A DNA stretch of 62,491 bases, filler included, from Aduncisulcus paluster (taxonomy: Eukaryota): assembly GCA_024181965.1 (NCBI GenBank). It is 8 parts of 8 records of this genome, joined end to end, with 100 filler letters (N's around TTAATTAATTAA, not from the genome) between each part and the next. Parts side by side here need not be neighbours in the genome. Positions count along the whole stretch, not along the records: positions 49,261 to 55,071 come from BQXS01010930.1; positions 55,172 to 62,491 come from BQXS01010938.1; 6 more parts are not named here. One strand, written 5' to 3'. Positions 52,201 through 62,491 of the stretch are shown in pieces. The position numbers and the translations under genes were made by a program. Numbering within the stretch: position 1 is the first letter of the stretch; each line of letters opens with the position of its first letter. Under the pieces are notes generated by a model that was not told the DNA's origin, did no database searches, and was given only the letters and a program-made list of their open reading frames with translations.

Positions 52201-55071
52201 CTGGGAGTCAGACTGTGTGACCAGCTGAGATACTTGAGAGAGAGTGGGCGTGAAGGAGCTGGATACGCTGCTGTTGACGGTGTAGGTGAGAAGGCTGAAG
52301 CCACAACTGGCATATTCACGGTCGATTCTCAACAGCAACAGAGTGATATTAGTGAACAACTACAACGAATCTCCACACTCCCTCCAGAACAAATGGCTGC
52401 TCTTGAGTTCCCTATCTTGTGTATCCTTGAAGATCTCACAACACAATGTAACCAAGGGTTTGTCAATTCACGTGGTATCAAGAGTATCAACGTGCTTGCA
52501 CATGCAATCCAACTTGTCGGCCTTGCTGCTGTTTATGTTACTTCTTTCAAACATCGTATGTATGCCATTAAAAGTCTTGTTTCCGTTCTTCGTGAAGCCA
52601 AAAGCAGATCTGTCCAACGTACTGCCAGCAAAACAATGACACGTCTTCTTGGAGGCATGCGTATAAACCTGGAGAAAGGAAAGTTCAATGAGAAAGTTGA
52701 TGTTCGCGATAAGCTTGAAAAGGTATTGTTCGATGATAAGATTATCCCAGATATTCGTATTGGTTGTGCATATGGTCTTGCTGGAGTCTTTGCTTCTTAT
52801 GGGGTGTCTTCTCTCGTCGTCGATTGTAATGGTAAGGCTGGACTTCAGCTTGTGAAGCAATTATCATCCGCCAAGGATTATGTTCGTAAGGAAGCCGCTT
52901 GCTATCTTGTCAGTGCTCTATGTTTTGTGTTTGGATCTGTGATTGAACCTTTTGTCCCTTCCCTAATTCGTTCTATCCTTCCTCTTCTTGCGGATAGCAA
53001 TGATACAATCCGTAGCGCTGCTGGTGGTGCCGCCAAGAATATCATGAGTGCTTTGTCATCCTTTGGAGTTATTCACATTCTTCCTGAGATTGTCATTATC
53101 CTTGGAAGCAAGCAATGGAGATCCAAGACAGGTGCCCTGACTTTGCTGGGTTCTTTGGCATACGGTTCTCCTGCTTCTCTCTCTTCCGCTCTGCCTCAAG
53201 TTATTCCTCTTTTGTGCAAGTCCATGCTAAGTGCACAAGCTGAGGTCCGTCACGCTGCTGAACATGCTTTCACCTGTATTGAAGGTGTTATCACGAACCA
53301 AGAGGTGTCTTCCATCGCTCCTCTCCTCGTGAAAGCTCTTGTATATCCACTCAAGTATGTTTCTGAGACAGTATTGCGGCTTGAATCCTCGAGTTTCACC
53401 CACCGCCTCGATGCTCCCTCTCTGGCTTTGATAATACCAGTTCTCTTGTTTGGTGTTGTCGACAAAGATATGAAGACTCGTGTTCGAAGCGTGAGTGTGA
53501 TTTCTACTTTCCACACCCTCACTAAACCTGCCGATCTTATGCCCTATTTGTCCCCTCTAACTAAAGCTCTTAGAGATCTCCTTACTGATCCTGTTCCTCT
53601 TGTTCGTCGTGAAACTGCGCGTGCTCTCGGTTCCTTATCTCGAAACATGTCTTCCTCTCTCAAATCCTTCACAAAGAGCACACTTCTTAACACTCTGAAG
53701 AGCAAGATTGTCAACATTGTCGAAAGAAACGGTGCTGCTCAAGCTCTTTGTGAGATGTATGCCGTCGATAGCAACAAGGTTGTTCGTGCTTATATTGATA
53801 ATATGCTTGGCAAGTACATTCGTCTGTCAATATCTGTGAGTCCTGGTATTGAAGGCGCTGAGTTTGTAAAGAAGAATGGCATGTCACCTCTCTTTTTGTC
53901 TGACCAGTGCGCTTACACTCAGTCCATTGGATCTACAAATGTAGAACATTTGCATGGTCATGTTTTGATGTTGTTATATCTTCCCCAGTCTATTGGAACT
54001 CATCTTTTCTCTCCTCATCTTCACAGGTCTCTCTTCTTGCTTGGGTTTGTGTTTGCTATGGAAAACAAGACAGTACGCGACATTGCTCTTTCTGCTGGTC
54101 GTCAATTGATCTCTTCATTCGCTTCTGACGGCAATAGTCCCCAGCTTAACTTGATTGTGGCCCATATTTGTAGTTACATGGTGTCTTGCAATGCCAGGAT
54201 AAGGGAATGTGGTCTGTTGTTGGCCACTCACCTTGCCTCTTGCGTGACATCCATATCGTTCACTCCTGATAAAAAGAAGCAATGGACAGGTGGAAGGACT
54301 TCGGTAGACAGCGAGAACGATGAGGAAGAAGAGTCTGACTATGATGAAAGTGTTACTGAAGTCACAGAGAATACAGAAACTAAAACGCTTACAAACTCTA
54401 CGGGGAAGAAGAATAAGTCTGGATCTGCTATATCAATGGATAAAGTAATGACATCATTGAGAACTTCCCTTGATCATCTTTATCCTATATTCATGGCTTG
54501 TGTGTACGTTACCCGTGGTGATAAAACAGCTGGAATGCGGACTAGCAGTGTTCGTCTCTGGAAATCTATGGTTTCACACCCTCCATCGACCATTCGTGAA
54601 ATATTACCCGCAATGTTCTCTGTCATTACTCATTTGGGCATGAAAGATGTTAACTTACAGGAGATTGGATCTGTAGCACTCACTGAGTGTATTCGTTCCT
54701 ATCCTTCAAAGGTCCTTGATGAGTTGATTGAGAAGTGTGTTATTCGAATGAGTCAAACCGAGGAGGCTCAAAGACTCAGTATTTATGGCAAGCCTTTCAT
54801 CAATCATGAGCAAAAGAGTCGTGAGATTTGTGCTATTATGCATAATATTGGAACAATTATCTCTGCATCTCCACCTGCTTTTGTGTTACGTGCAGTGCAC
54901 AAGACTGGACCTGTCATTTGTGCCGTGTTTTTGTCTGCCCCGAAACAACTGTCAGCTTCCACAGGTAGTGGTTTGGCTCATTCGTCATCTTCTTCGTATT
55001 CCTCCTCTGTTGCTCTCTCACTCTCTTTATATGAACAGCTTCTCAATGAGACTGCCCTGACTTGCTCTATG
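49261..55071 (+). CDS. GCN1: GCN1 translational activator (HEAT repeats); truncated at both ends
   Basis: GCAYGLAG; IEPFV; KQWRSKTGALTLLGSLAY; FTHRLDAPSLALIIPVL; DLMPYL...LLTDPVPLVR..TARALGSL; VERNGAAQALCE; LWKSMVSHPPSTIREI. Confidence 0.92.
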
Positions 55072-55171
55072 NNNNNNNNNNNNNNNNNNNNNNNNNNNNN
55101 NNNNNNNNNNNNNNNTTAATTAATTAANNNNNNNNNNNNNNNNNNNNNNNNNNNNNNNNNNNNNNNNNNNN
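55072..55171. other. Artificial contig-joining spacer
   Basis: N44-TTAATTAATTAA-N44. Confidence 0.97.
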
Positions 55172-56523
55172 CAACTTGCCTTGCAGTGAATCCCACCACT
55201 CCTCAAAAGTGTGTGGGATTCACTCCTCGAAGGATTTCGCATACTCCTATTCATTCTTCAATCTTTACCCCAAGTAGAACTCCCAAAATGAAACGAATCA
55301 GGGATCCAGAAGAAATGAGAGAAGAAGAAGAACAAAAACGGAGAGAAGAGAAAGAAAGAAGGAAAGAAGAAAAAGAATCCCAAAAAATAGAGGAAGATAA
55401 GCGTGCTGAAGCAGAACTTTTGAGAAAAGAACAGAGACTCCAGAGAGAAGAAGAACATAGACGGAGAATGGAGGAGGAAGAGAGGAAGAGAGAAGAGGAA
55501 GAAGAGATTAGAAAACAAGGAGAAAAAAGGAGAGAAGAAGAAATGAGAAGGCGTGAGGAAGAACGGAGAAGAGAAGAAGAAATGAGAAGAGAAGAAGAAA
55601 TGAGAAGAAAAGAAGATAGAAGGCGTGAGGAAGAAAGGAGGAGAGAAGAAGAGGAAGAGATTAGAAAACAAGGAGAAAAAAGGAGAGAAGAAGAAATGAG
55701 AAGGCGTGAGGAAGAACGGAGAAGAGAAGAAGAAATGAGAAGAGAAGAAGAAATGAGAAGAAAAGAAGATAGAAGGCGTGAGGAAGAAAGGAGGAGAGAA
55801 GAAGAGGAAGAGCTTGCCAGAGAAGAACAAGAAGAACTCGATGAACTTCGTCAAGATCAACTTGAATACCTTGACTCTGCCAGGATCCATCAGCATTCTG
55901 AACGATCTCTTCCATCTCCACCTTCAGGTTTGACTCCAACTGCCGTTGCAACATCTTTCTCCGCTCTTGAAGTGTCCGAGGAAGAAGATCTCCAGCATTG
56001 CGCTAACATGCTCAATCTTGTGTGCCCCGAATTGGCTGACCATCTTGATTCCCCAGATTCTATCGCTGATCAGAAAGAGCCAGCAACTCCTCAACAAATA
56101 CGAACCCCCGGCAGACCTTCTCGCCGTGAAAGCATGATGAAACGTCTCGATAACATCCTCGATACGTCCAAGAATGCATGCAGAAGCCCAGGCATCCAAG
56201 ATAAATACCTTGGATCATTCCAGGGGCTTGGTCTTCGGAAAGCTACCAAGGACGAATGTTCTCAGCATGGAACTCCTATAATTGCAACCCATTTGAGGAG
56301 ATCTCGTCGTCTGCATGAGTTAGAAGAGCGGGAACATGAGGTTTCAAGGGAATATGAGGAGGAATACACTTATGAATACGAATATGAAGATGAAGACAAG
56401 GCTCAGTCAGATCATAAAATTATCCAAAATGATCACGAAGAGGCAGAGGGGTCAGAATCTCGCCGAGTTCGTGAAATCCTTGAACAGGCAAACTATGTCT
56501 TTATTTCTAAAAAATTTGAATAA
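55172..56523 (+). CDS. C-terminal part of a protein with an E/R-rich single-alpha-helix region; possible CKAP2-like microtubule-binding tail
   Basis: EEERRREEEMRR repeats; several TP/SP CDK-type sites; tail ATHLRRSRRL...ILEQANYVF loosely resembles TPVRRSxR-type tails. Confidence 0.6.
55501..55806 (+). repeat. 153-bp (51-aa) in-frame tandem duplication built from smaller E/R repeats
   Basis: gaagagattagaaaacaagg starts at 55501 and again at 55654. Confidence 0.9.
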
Positions 56524-56659
56524 CATCGTTGTTGTCTGGAATATAAATAGTTGGGATTCCCAGTATATCGAATAATAAAATTAAATCCTCAAGAAATCTG
56601 TATAGAATCTATACTATAGATCAAAATATTTATTATCTACCATAAAAATCATATTATTT

Positions 56660-57506
56660 TTACAAAACAGCGTCATAATCAACTTCAAAGGGTAAATGTT
56701 CTTCAATAAGTTTATCATCAAATAATAACATAATTCCAGGCACAAATATATCATCTTCAGCATAATCCAATCTCTCGAAATCATCTTCAAGATATGGAAT
56801 TCCATTTTCGATTAGAGTTTTTTCCAGCTGTAATATATCTCCCTCGTACTTACATACATATTGATGGATGTTTCTATTGTAATATTTATATCTCTGAAGA
56901 ACCTCTCGAAGGGTCTCTTCGGTTGGAACAAGAAGTTCAGTCGAGTCTTTAGTCAAAGTATTCAAAATACGGATTCGGATGGTTTTTTTCGATAATCTGC
57001 CAATAATATACGATTTATCCTTCCACCATGGTAACTCAGGAGGAGCTGGAGTGGCAGAAGATGGATTAAGTGGTGGAGCATGAAGAAGTGGTTCATCACG
57101 TGGCCAATATGGAACTGGAATTCCTGTTCCAGGATCTTCTAGGTACTTAAGATCACCGTCATCAGCAAACCAATGAGATATATCCTTGCCAGCATTCTCA
57201 ATTAGATTTTTAACACCCATTTCTATATTTTTCGTATTCATCACCAGATAATAAATTAAATATAATAAAATTGAAACAATTCATTAAAAATAATATAATA
57301 AAATAAAAACAATAAAAAATTTGAACGGAACTTAGGTAAACAAAGCATTCCAAATAAACTTTGGAAATTCATAACATACGATCAAAATTTTCTTTAATTA
57401 AATCAGAAAGATCAAGAACAAGACCTTGCTTACTAACCCAGCAATCATAAGGCTTATCATGAGCAGCTACATCATCACTAGTGAACCAGCGTGTTACAAA
57501 CGACAT
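56660..57506 (-). CDS. CYB5D1: Cytochrome b5 domain-containing protein 1 (ciliary); exons 57506-57380 and 57222-56660
   Basis: Spliced product RWFTSDDVAAHDKPYDCWVS...DLSDL.KENFDQMGVKNLIENAGKDISHWF...PWWKD...IGRLSKKT..IRILNTLT...RY..YN...TLIENGI is colinear with CYB5D1. Confidence 0.92.
57223..57379 (-). other. Spliceosomal intron (157 nt, phase 1)
   Basis: GTATGTTATG...GAAAAATATAG; removal gives a gap-free match to CYB5D1. Confidence 0.85.
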
Positions 57507-57663
57507 TAAGATAAAAGTAGTGCAAAAATAATGTTTAAATATATATTAAAAGATCGAACTTTTGTTTTTCTATATCAAAATATTCCTGATATACGAGAAA
57601 AAGCAACTTCTAGAAACAGAAACAATTTTCTCTTATTTTGTCCCATTGCCTGTAAAAAATAAT

Positions 57664-58518
57664 ATGAAGGTTTTTAGTCAACTTGTTGACCTATTTTTGG
57701 CCGGAAAACGGATATTATTTATTACAGGAGCTGGATTATCATGTGCTTCTGGGATTCGATCCTATAGATCTGGTCCTAGAGCTATTTGGTCGGATAAAGT
57801 ACTTGAGTGGGGAACAACTGAGAAATTTAGAAAAGATCCGTCACTATGGTGGAGTCATTATTGGCTTCAAACCCACAATATGGACGAGTTTTGTAGCGCT
57901 AAGCCAAACGCTGGCCATTACGCAATTACAGATCTTTCAAAGTTTTGTGATGCTCATGTTATTACTCAAAATATTGATAGTCTTCATCTTAAATCTGGGT
58001 TAAGTCCTGAATGCCTTGTGGAATGTCACGGACGCATTGGAAAGTATCGTTGTCTTTCACCATGTTGTCCTTTTTCTTCTTCTCGAATTCTTTCTATTCC
58101 CGATCTTTCAGTGTTTAGTACCCCATCAGAATATCCATCAGCTCCTTTCTCTCCTCCTCTCTGTCCAAGTTGTGGCAATGCTGTTTTCCCAATGGCTTTA
58201 ATGTTTGATGAAAATTACAATACTCATGGATTTTTCAAGAGCGACACAATGGAAGAGTGGATATCATCGCATGATGCTTATGTATTTGTTGGGACTTCAT
58301 TCGCTGTTGGTGTTACCTCCCAATGTGTTGACACCGCAAGAAGGAAGAGACGACCGGCCTTTAGCATAAATATATCGAATGAAGAAATGAAGGGAATCAG
58401 AAATATTGTCGGGAAAGCAGAAGAAATTCTTCCAGCACTTAGAGATGAGGTGAAACGGAGAGCAGAGACGAAAGCTGGAAGACCTGTTCTTTGGATCGTG
58501 AGCAAAAGTAAGAAATAG
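57664..58518 (+). CDS. Sir2-family NAD-dependent deacylase (sirtuin)
   Basis: TGAGLS; PNAGH; ITQNID; ECHG; Zn ribbon CLSPC...CPSC; VGTS; IN. Confidence 0.93.
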   Translation: MKVFSQLVDLFLAGKRILFITGAGLSCASGIRSYRSGPRAIWSDKVLEWGTTEKFRKDPSLWWSHYWLQTHNMDEFCSAKPNAGHYAITDLSKFCDAHVITQNIDSLHLKSGLSPECLVECHGRIGKYRCLSPCCPFSSSRILSIPDLSVFSTPSEYPSAPFSPPLCPSCGNAVFPMALMFDENYNTHGFFKSDTMEEWISSHDAYVFVGTSFAVGVTSQCVDTARRKRRPAFSINISNEEMKGIRNIVGKAEEILPALRDEVKRRAETKAGRPVLWIVSKSKK

Positions 58519-59152
58519 TTATGATTAATTCTATTCTTTATGGATTGTTTTGGACCACAAGGAATTTATATTGATTGTGGCAAGTTGTGGAGAAACTCAG
58601 AAATTTTCTTATTATTTTATTATGAAAGAACCCTTCCGAACCACGATTTTTATTTATTTATCATAATTTCCAAGAGTCCGCTCACAACAGTTTGACAAGT
58701 TTTCCTTCTGTTTCTGAAGAGTGCCGTGTAGAATTTTATTAAAGTATTATGTTGAATTCGAAGCTCCTCGATGACCATGACTGATATGTACCCTGTTTGA
58801 TCCATGCCCCATGCCCCATCAAAATAGGAAAGAAAATTGAGATTTACCGATCATCTTATGCCTAATTCTTCCGTTTTGCGGCGATATATGTGTTACTATA
58901 TACGTCCCCACGTTATATATTTCCAAAAATAATGCCATTACTTTCATTAGTGATGCTCTATGAATGATCAGCAATGACAAATTTGAAATTGAAATGAAAT
59001 AATTCTGGAAAAACTACCACAATAAAAATTTCAAACGCCAAAAAAATAATGCATTCAGACCATAAATTAGTTGTGAAATTGGAATTCAAATCAGTAAAGA
59101 AAACCGACAAAATAGACGAGATTTTCTTTTTGAACAAACAATAAGATCCAAC

Positions 59153-61993
59153 ATGTTTCAAAGTTCTAAGCGTGGAGAAGTTGTTGAACTCGGTGAAGAA
59201 TTGCAAAGTGCCTCTAATGTGTCCCAACGAAGGTCTGTTGTAAAACGCATCATTGCTGCTATGACTGTGGGAAAAGATGTGTCTCCACTCTTTACAGAAG
59301 TGTTAAAATGTATTCAAACAAAGGATTTAGAGCTTAAAAAGCTTGTATATCTTTATATCATTTCCTATGCTAGAACTCATCCTGAAGCTTCTATTCTTGC
59401 TGTCAACACCTTTGTTAAAGACGCCACTGATCCTGACAATCCTCTTGTTCGTGCTCTTGCCATTCGTACAATGGGATGCCTTCGTGTTGAAGCCATTACT
59501 GAATACATATGTGAACCCCTCTCAGCCAGTTTTAAGGATGAAGATGCCTATGTCAGAAAAGCTGCAGCACTTGCTGTTGCCAAACTCTATGATCTTGACC
59601 CCGAATTATGTCATGACCAAGGATTTGTCCGCTCTCTTCGCGAAATGTTGCTCGATCAGAACCCAGCTGTTGTTGGAAACGCATGTGCTGCTCTTGGTGA
59701 CATTGCCAAAATGTCCTCAAAGAAAGGAATTCCCGGCATGAATGATGAAATTGCCAATCATCTCCTTGCTGCTCTTCCAGATGCTAATGAATGGGCCCAA
59801 GCTTATATCCTCGGAGCCCTTGCTAACTACAATCCAACTGAAGGCAAAGAACCGACAGTGGGAACTGAAGATACCATGCTCGCTCTTGAACGTGTATTCC
59901 CTCGTTTGCAACACGCCAATCCTGCAGTATCTACAGCCGCCATTCGTGTGATTGTGAATTTTGTCCGATTCATCCAAGATGCAGAGAAAAGAGAATCAGT
60001 ATTACAACGTCTTGCTCCCCCTCTTGTTACTTTGATGAGTGGTCCCTGTGAGATTCAATACATTACCCTTCGAAACATCCCTCTTTTGCTTCGTCTCTCC
60101 CCTAACCTCCTGTCCTCCCCTACTCGTGTCCGTGCCTTCTTCTGCAAGTACACCGATCCTCTGTACGTTAAGCTTGAGAAGCTCGATGTGTTGGTTCAAT
60201 TGGCCACTCCTGAAACCATTGGAAACATTCTTGCCGAACTGAAGGAATGCGCCCACGAAGTTGACGTTGAGTTTGCACGGAAGAGTGTGAGAAGCATCGG
60301 AAAGCTTGCTCTTCGTATGCCCACCAAGCTTGTTCCCGCATGTGTGAAGGAACTCTTGTCACTCATCGAGACTGGTGTTAATTATGTTGTTCAAGAAATT
60401 GTTGTCGTGATGCGTGATATCTTCCGTGTATATCCTGGTAAATATGAGTCTGTCATTGGAAAGCTCTGCTCTCACATTGAGTCCTTTGATGAACCCAATG
60501 CCCGTGCTTCTCTTGCCTGGATCGTTGGAGAATATGCCGATAGAATTGACAATAGTACCGAAATTATGGAATGGTATAGTGATACCTTTGTTGATGAGAG
60601 TCCTATTGTCCAGTTGGCTGTTCTGACAGCCGTTGTCAAGTTGTTCATAAATGTTCGGGATGAAGATAGCATGGCTGTCACACACACTGTCCTGAAGAAG
60701 GCCACAGAAGAGGTTGATGACCCCGATGTGCGTGATCGTGCTTATCTTTACTGGAGACTCCTTGCTGCCTCGCCCGATGAGGCCAAGGATATCGTTCTTG
60801 CCACCAAACCTCCCATTAGTGTTGATGACACCCTTGTTGACATGGACCTTGTCAAGAGACTCCTTCCTTACGTCGGATCGCTTGCGAGTGTACTCAGACG
60901 TCCCCCTGAGGCTCTGACTGGTGTTGGAAAGAAGATCGGAGAAGGTCTTGAAGATGAAGAGGAGGATTATCTCGATGAAGAAGAGAAGGTTGAGGAAGAA
61001 GGCGAGGAAGAAGGAGAGATGGAAGAACCTGCAAAGGAATCTGCCGATGAGGGAGATGGAGATATGCTCGACGATTTGCTTGAAGATCTCGGTGTGAGCT
61101 ATGATACTAAGCCCAAACAACCCACTCATAAGCCAGAGCAGCCCCCTACCATCACTCCCAAAGCTGAACCCAAAGCTGGAGATGACGATCTCTTGTCTTC
61201 ACTTGGATTTCAAGCTTCTCCATCTCCCTCCGGGCATGTTGACGTTGGTCTGACTTCTCTCGAATACGACTGTCGTCTCACTAAGCCTGTCCCTCTCACC
61301 CAATCCCAAGGTCTTAGCATTGCGGCATCCTTCACAAAAATGTCAGGAAAACCCGTCGTTGTGTTCATCGTAAAGAATGACAAGCAATCATCTGTGAGTG
61401 GCCTCGCCATTCAATTCAACAAGAACGCATTTGGTCTCGGCGCCGAGAAACCCATTTTATCCATTCCTGGCGGCTCCATTGCTCCAGGAACAACATCCCA
61501 AGTCAGATGTGTCCTTGTTCGTAACAGCAATCCTTCAAAACCTGCCACACCCCAAGCCTTGATGCAGATGCAAGTTGCTCTGAAGACTCCAAGTTCCGAT
61601 CAGCTCATCTTCTCCTTCAATCTCCCAGCCCATCTTGTTCTTTCTGTGTATGGTGTTCCCGTGAGTGACTTCGAGGAGATGTGGAAAGCCATGGCCTCTG
61701 CAGAACGTACTGTGGCAACTCCCTTCCCTCCAAACATTTCTCCTGTTAGCGTCCTTTCAATAAGTGCTAGATTTACTGGATCTGGCCTCTCCAAGATCAC
61801 AGACAGGAAGGTTGCAGATGTTTCTTCCGCTCTTTTCTCAACTCATTTCCCATTGGGGGCTACAAAGGTGCCATGTCTTGTCAGAGTTGATGTGAACGAA
61901 ACTCAAAAGAAAATTAAAGTTGTCGTGAGGTCCAGAAGTGCTGTTGTCGTTCCTCATTTAATGGGCACAATTGGTTTGCTCTTAAAGGCCTAA
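59153..61993 (+). CDS. AP1B1: AP-1/AP-2 adaptor complex beta subunit (beta-adaptin) with hinge and appendage
   Basis: KRIIAAMTVGKDVS; LELKKLVYLY; NPLVRALAIRTMGC; DPLYVKLEKL; WIVGEYA; DPDVRDRAYLYWRLL; AIQFNKNAFGL ear motif. Confidence 0.95.
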   Translation: MFQSSKRGEVVELGEELQSASNVSQRRSVVKRIIAAMTVGKDVSPLFTEVLKCIQTKDLELKKLVYLYIISYARTHPEASILAVNTFVKDATDPDNPLVRALAIRTMGCLRVEAITEYICEPLSASFKDEDAYVRKAAALAVAKLYDLDPELCHDQGFVRSLREMLLDQNPAVVGNACAALGDIAKMSSKKGIPGMNDEIANHLLAALPDANEWAQAYILGALANYNPTEGKEPTVGTEDTMLALERVFPRLQHANPAVSTAAIRVIVNFVRFIQDAEKRESVLQRLAPPLVTLMSGPCEIQYITLRNIPLLLRLSPNLLSSPTRVRAFFCKYTDPLYVKLEKLDVLVQLATPETIGNILAELKECAHEVDVEFARKSVRSIGKLALRMPTKLVPACVKELLSLIETGVNYVVQEIVVVMRDIFRVYPGKYESVIGKLCSHIESFDEPNARASLAWIVGEYADRIDNSTEIMEWYSDTFVDESPIVQLAVLTAVVKLFINVRDEDSMAVTHTVLKKATEEVDDPDVRDRAYLYWRLLAASPDEAKDIVLATKPPISVDDTLVDMDLVKRLLPYVGSLASVLRRPPEALTGVGKKIGEGLEDEEEDYLDEEEKVEEEGEEEGEMEEPAKESADEGDGDMLDDLLEDLGVSYDTKPKQPTHKPEQPPTITPKAEPKAGDDDLLSSLGFQASPSPSGHVDVGLTSLEYDCRLTKPVPLTQSQGLSIAASFTKMSGKPVVVFIVKNDKQSSVSGLAIQFNKNAFGLGAEKPILSIPGGSIAPGTTSQVRCVLVRNSNPSKPATPQALMQMQVALKTPSSDQLIFSFNLPAHLVLSVYGVPVSDFEEMWKAMASAERTVATPFPPNISPVSVLSISARFTGSGLSKITDRKVADVSSALFSTHFPLGATKVPCLVRVDVNETQKKIKVVVRSRSAVVVPHLMGTIGLLLKA

Positions 61994-62208
61994 TTTGATT
62001 GTTGACACCTTATAAATAAAAATTTCTTTGTTTTCACGCCTAATATTTATAAAATTCCGTGTCCACTGACAACTCAATGACATGATGTGTTTATTTATAG
62101 GACGTAACAGGTTCGCTAAATTTTTAAACACTAGGATTTTACGATAAATTGTTTCAGTAAAATTGGGTTTAATTTGCGAGATTTTTGGGTGTTTTTTGGC
62201 TGAAAGAA

Positions 62209-62491
62209 CTAAAAGCTTAGGTGACTACCCTTGCTCTTTGGTTCTTTCTTTTGGATTAAATTCCAGCTGTAAGACGATACACAAGTCGCTTCTCTTATAC
62301 ACAGGCCTCTTCCAAGCCCACATAGAAGGGTAGATGCCCATCTACGTGATCTCTCTTCTCTGGTTCGGCCAGGTACCATGAAATCGGTTCCATTCCTCCG
62401 TACATGCTCAATAAACTCCCAAGCTTTCTCTCCAATGGCTCCAATTGTTGTCAAGGCGAAGGGTATCAAAAGATAGGGTTGGTGCTTTTTA
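62209..62491 (-). mobile_element. 3' end of a probable non-LTR retrotransposon ORF with a restriction-like endonuclease (CRE/R2-group)
   Basis: Frame entering from the window edge reads KKHQPYLLIPFALTTIGAIGEKAWEFI, matching the RLE tail K..K(Y/H)...F.P...(E)T.G..G..A..F. Confidence 0.55.

Noticed and set aside
43899..55071. Functional linkage between the P-stalk-tailed orphan and the neighbouring GCN1
   Set aside because: They lie on different contigs separated by the artificial spacer, so adjacency is not evidence.
55258..55896. 212-aa Phe/Ser-rich antisense ORF, and similar antisense ORFs such as 60359-61129 and 41640-42188
   Set aside because: Shadow ORFs produced by purine-rich or biased codons of the real genes on the opposite strand.
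1..62491. Alternative genetic code (stop reassignment as in hexamitid diplomonads)
   Set aside because: TAA, TAG and TGA all terminate long genes here (for example Kae1 TAA, eIF2-gamma TAG, the Myb-like gene TGA), and long ORFs are uninterrupted under the standard code.

Overview
Gene-dense, AT-rich eukaryotic DNA from a flagellated protist. Intron-poor genes, GTATGT donor sites and divergent housekeeping proteins suggest a metamonad/fornicate such as a Carpediemonas-like organism (inference). The window is not one locus. It is eight contigs joined by seven identical artificial 100-nt spacers (N44-TTAATTAATTAA-N44), so adjacency across spacers carries no meaning. Recognisable genes: Pop5/Rpp14, a possible Rpp38-like L7Ae protein, a Myb/SANT-like factor, a multi-EF-hand ciliary-type protein, Clp1 (degenerate P-loop), Rrp4, primase large subunit, exocyst Sec3, a divergent TAF5-like gene, an EEF1AKMT4-like methyltransferase, a GRIP golgin, eIF2-gamma, an ERCC6L/PICH-like SNF2 ATPase, SARAF, prefoldin 3, Kae1, GCN1, CYB5D1, a sirtuin and beta-adaptin. 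Three genes have a single 5'-proximal spliceosomal intron that the ORF track missed. Most notable observations: (1) a 156-bp highly symmetric MITE with a 5-bp TSD just after the eIF2-gamma stop; (2) a 1589-aa orphan with a pseudokinase-like N-terminus, an exact in-frame 381-bp duplication and a ribosomal P-stalk-like tail; (3) an in-frame TGA in the putative Rpp38-like gene next to Pop5; (4) a dispersed (AGTAY)n repeat near gene 3' ends; (5) an RLE-type non-LTR retrotransposon end. No rRNA, tRNA or CRISPR features could be supported. All family calls come from motif recognition by eye, not database searches. I found no single clear-cut novel multi-gene system.
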